NCBI GenBank assembly: GCA_946614035.1
Contig: CAMOGJ010000009.1
Location: 586 to 64,585 of the forward strand
Origin: an uncultured Clostridia bacterium
GTDB lineage: Bacteria; Bacillota; Clostridia; Christensenellales; CAG-138
Direction of reading: 5' to 3'
DNA length: 64,000 nt
Shown in pieces: positions 62,264 through 64,000 of this stretch. The translations under genes were made by a program, and so were the position numbers. Within the stretch, counting starts at the first letter, position 1. Each line of letters opens with the position of its first letter. The notes under the pieces are model-generated. The model had not been told where the DNA came from. It saw only the letters and a list, made by a program, of their open reading frames with translations, and did not search any database.

Positions 62264-62776
62264 ATGAAGAAACTGGCAATCCTGCTGCTTGCGGCGCTGT
62301 TGCTGCTCGGCTGCGGCGGCGGCGCGGACGATCCGAACGCGGTATTCGTCGACCCGAACGCGGTGCAGGGCGGCGGCTACGGCGATCTGTACTTCGAGGC
62401 GGAGGGCGTGCGCTTCGGCATCTTCGACGAGGCGGAACCGGTCCTCAACGCGCTTCCCGCGTATCGCTCGTCGTTCACCGGCGAGACCTGCGCATTCGAC
62501 AGCGAGGACGTGTACTATTACTATTCCGGCTTCCAGATCATGGCGAACGCGATCGACGGCACGATGCGCATCACGGCGATCACCGTCGCGGACGACACGA
62601 TCAAGACCCCGCAGGGGCTGTTCATCGGCATGAGCGAAGCGGATGCGGCGGCGGCGTTCCCCGCGCTCGCCGAAAGCGACTGGAACCTCATCGACGGCAC
62701 GGCGCTGCTGTCCGTCACGATGAAGGACGGCGCGATCGCATCGATCGTCTACACGCCGTCGAGCATGGATGCGTGA
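62264..62776 (+). CDS. Lipoprotein of unknown function
   Basis: MKKLAILLLAALLLLGC lipobox. 170 aa. Starts 2 nt after the upstream stop. Confidence 0.6.
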   Translation: MKKLAILLLAALLLLGCGGGADDPNAVFVDPNAVQGGGYGDLYFEAEGVRFGIFDEAEPVLNALPAYRSSFTGETCAFDSEDVYYYYSGFQIMANAIDGTMRITAITVADDTIKTPQGLFIGMSEADAAAAFPALAESDWNLIDGTALLSVTMKDGAIASIVYTPSSMDA

Positions 62777-62825
62777 GAAAAACCGGCGCGCCGCAAAAGG
62801 CGCACCGATCCCTTTCAACGAAAAA

Positions 62826-62856
62826 AAGAGCCGGTTTTCGGCTCTTATTTCTTTTT
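62826..62856. terminator. Bidirectional intrinsic terminator
   Basis: GAGCCG-GTTTT-CGGCTC with an A-run upstream and T-rich sequence downstream, between convergent genes. Confidence 0.65.
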
Positions 62857-62859
62857 GGC

Positions 62860-63888
62860 TTACCGCGTGGTGCCGCGGAAGATCGGAGTCGTTTTATAGT
62901 AGATGACGCGATACGGCTCAGCGGGAGCTTCGAACCGCTGAATCAACAGCGTCGCGGCAAAGCGGCCGATGTCACTGCTCGGAATCTGCGCGGTCGTCAG
63001 CGGCGGCTCCACAACGGTCGATTCGGGCGAACCGTCGAAGCCGGTGACCATCACGTCGTCCGGGACGGACAGCCCTCTGCGCTTCAGGGCGGCGAGCAGA
63101 TGGATTGCAATGTAGTCGTTGGCGCAGACGAACGCGTCCGGCACATGCGGCATCCGGTCGATATGCGCGTTCAGCCAGTCCGGATCGCCGTATGGTTCGT
63201 CGTCGCTTTCGAGAATCGAATACACGTCGACCGGCTGCAGTCCGGCTTCCGTGACGGCGGTATGGAAAGCGAGCCAGCGCATGTAAAAGCTGCTGCAATG
63301 CTCCTTATCGCCGACAAACCCGATCGTCTTGGCGCCTGCGTCGATGACGCGCTGCGTCAGCGCGGTCGATGCCGCAAAGTTCTCCATCGAAAGAAAATCG
63401 CATTTCAAGACGGAGCGGATCATCCGCGCATGTCCGTCCACGACCACGCAGGGCAGACCGAGCGAGCCGATCATGTCGAGGTAGTCCTTGTCGAACAGCT
63501 CAATGGTCAGCAGAGCGGCAGTCTGTTCCAGCATCAGATGCGGCGGGAGCTTGCACTGCGCGACTTCCGCGTCGGTGACCTCGTATACCTTCATCGTGTG
63601 TCCGAGACGGGAAAGCTGATCGGCGAAGCTTGTCATAAAGGATGCGCCGAAATGATGGCTCATCACCTTCTGCTGCGTCAGTACTGCGATCAGTCCGCGA
63701 TTGGGCGTCACCGGCGCGCCCGTCGCCTTCGAAAAACTGCCGTAGCCGAGCTCCTGCGCCTTTTGCATGACCGCGCGTTTGGTCGCCTCCGGCACCGCGC
63801 CGCGGTCGTTGAATACCTTCGAAACCGTATTGCGGCTCAGCTTGCAGGCATCCGCTATATCTTGTATTGTCACGCGCTTCAACGCCAT
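62860..63888 (-). CDS. LacI-family transcriptional regulator
   Basis: N-terminal HTH VTIQDIADACKLSRNTVSKVFN and a periplasmic-binding-fold C-domain. 342 aa. Confidence 0.85.
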   Translation of the reverse strand: MALKRVTIQDIADACKLSRNTVSKVFNDRGAVPEATKRAVMQKAQELGYGSFSKATGAPVTPNRGLIAVLTQQKVMSHHFGASFMTSFADQLSRLGHTMKVYEVTDAEVAQCKLPPHLMLEQTAALLTIELFDKDYLDMIGSLGLPCVVVDGHARMIRSVLKCDFLSMENFAASTALTQRVIDAGAKTIGFVGDKEHCSSFYMRWLAFHTAVTEAGLQPVDVYSILESDDEPYGDPDWLNAHIDRMPHVPDAFVCANDYIAIHLLAALKRRGLSVPDDVMVTGFDGSPESTVVEPPLTTAQIPSSDIGRFAATLLIQRFEAPAEPYRVIYYKTTPIFRGTTR

Positions 63889-64000
63889 AAAACCTTGTCC
63901 TTTCCCAGCATATTTTATACTATACCATACCGGATTCGAAAAAGCAATATGTGCAAAATGTAAACTTGAAATTGCTGAGAAAACCGCGATATTTCCGCAT

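Noticed and set aside
63889-64000. LacI operator and a possible gene start at the right edge
   Set aside because: Only a weak AGCAAT..ATTGCT repeat with atypical spacing was seen. The last bases are too few to call a gene.

Overview
GC-rich chromosomal segment that looks like a Clostridia (Oscillospiraceae/Ruminococcaceae-type) genome: compact operons, AGGAGG-type ribosome-binding sites, TTGACA/TATAAT-type promoters and many lipoproteins. I support about 58 protein-coding genes and found no rRNA, tRNA or CRISPR. Most genes are housekeeping or envelope-related: TrkAH and KtrAB K+ uptake, a heterodimeric ABC exporter pair, a YtrA-type GntR/ABC module, MutY, ProS, Ddh, TldD/PmbA, YhaM, MnmG/RsmG, Dat and a BMP-family nucleoside-type ABC importer. 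The stretches worth a second look are: (1) two tandem paralogous genes for large secreted proteins with a peptidase C14 (caspase-like) domain; (2) a ~255-nt ORF-free, visibly structured leader or ncRNA upstream of a small zinc-ribbon gene that I could not assign to any RNA family; (3) an OmpR-type two-component system whose own promoter and both flanking envelope-protein genes carry 11-bp phased TTACAAC/TTACAAG direct repeats; (4) a ~0.9-kb intergenic mosaic of two nested MITE-like elements in two levels of tandem duplication, with a third copy of one element 13 kb away; (5) an IS200-like REP-associated tyrosine transposase splitting the BMP transporter operon, with a GTAG-headed REP triplet downstream and an identical inverted REP copy inside its own coding sequence; (6) a thiol-redox / 4Fe-4S / G3E-GTPase cluster with a His-Asp-Cys-rich tandem duplication and a G3E-DUF1980-like fusion; (7) a dlt-like carrier-protein/MBOAT operon preceded by dat and a transglutaminase-like surface protein. 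All protein calls rest on motif recognition by eye in the translated ORFs. No database search was run.
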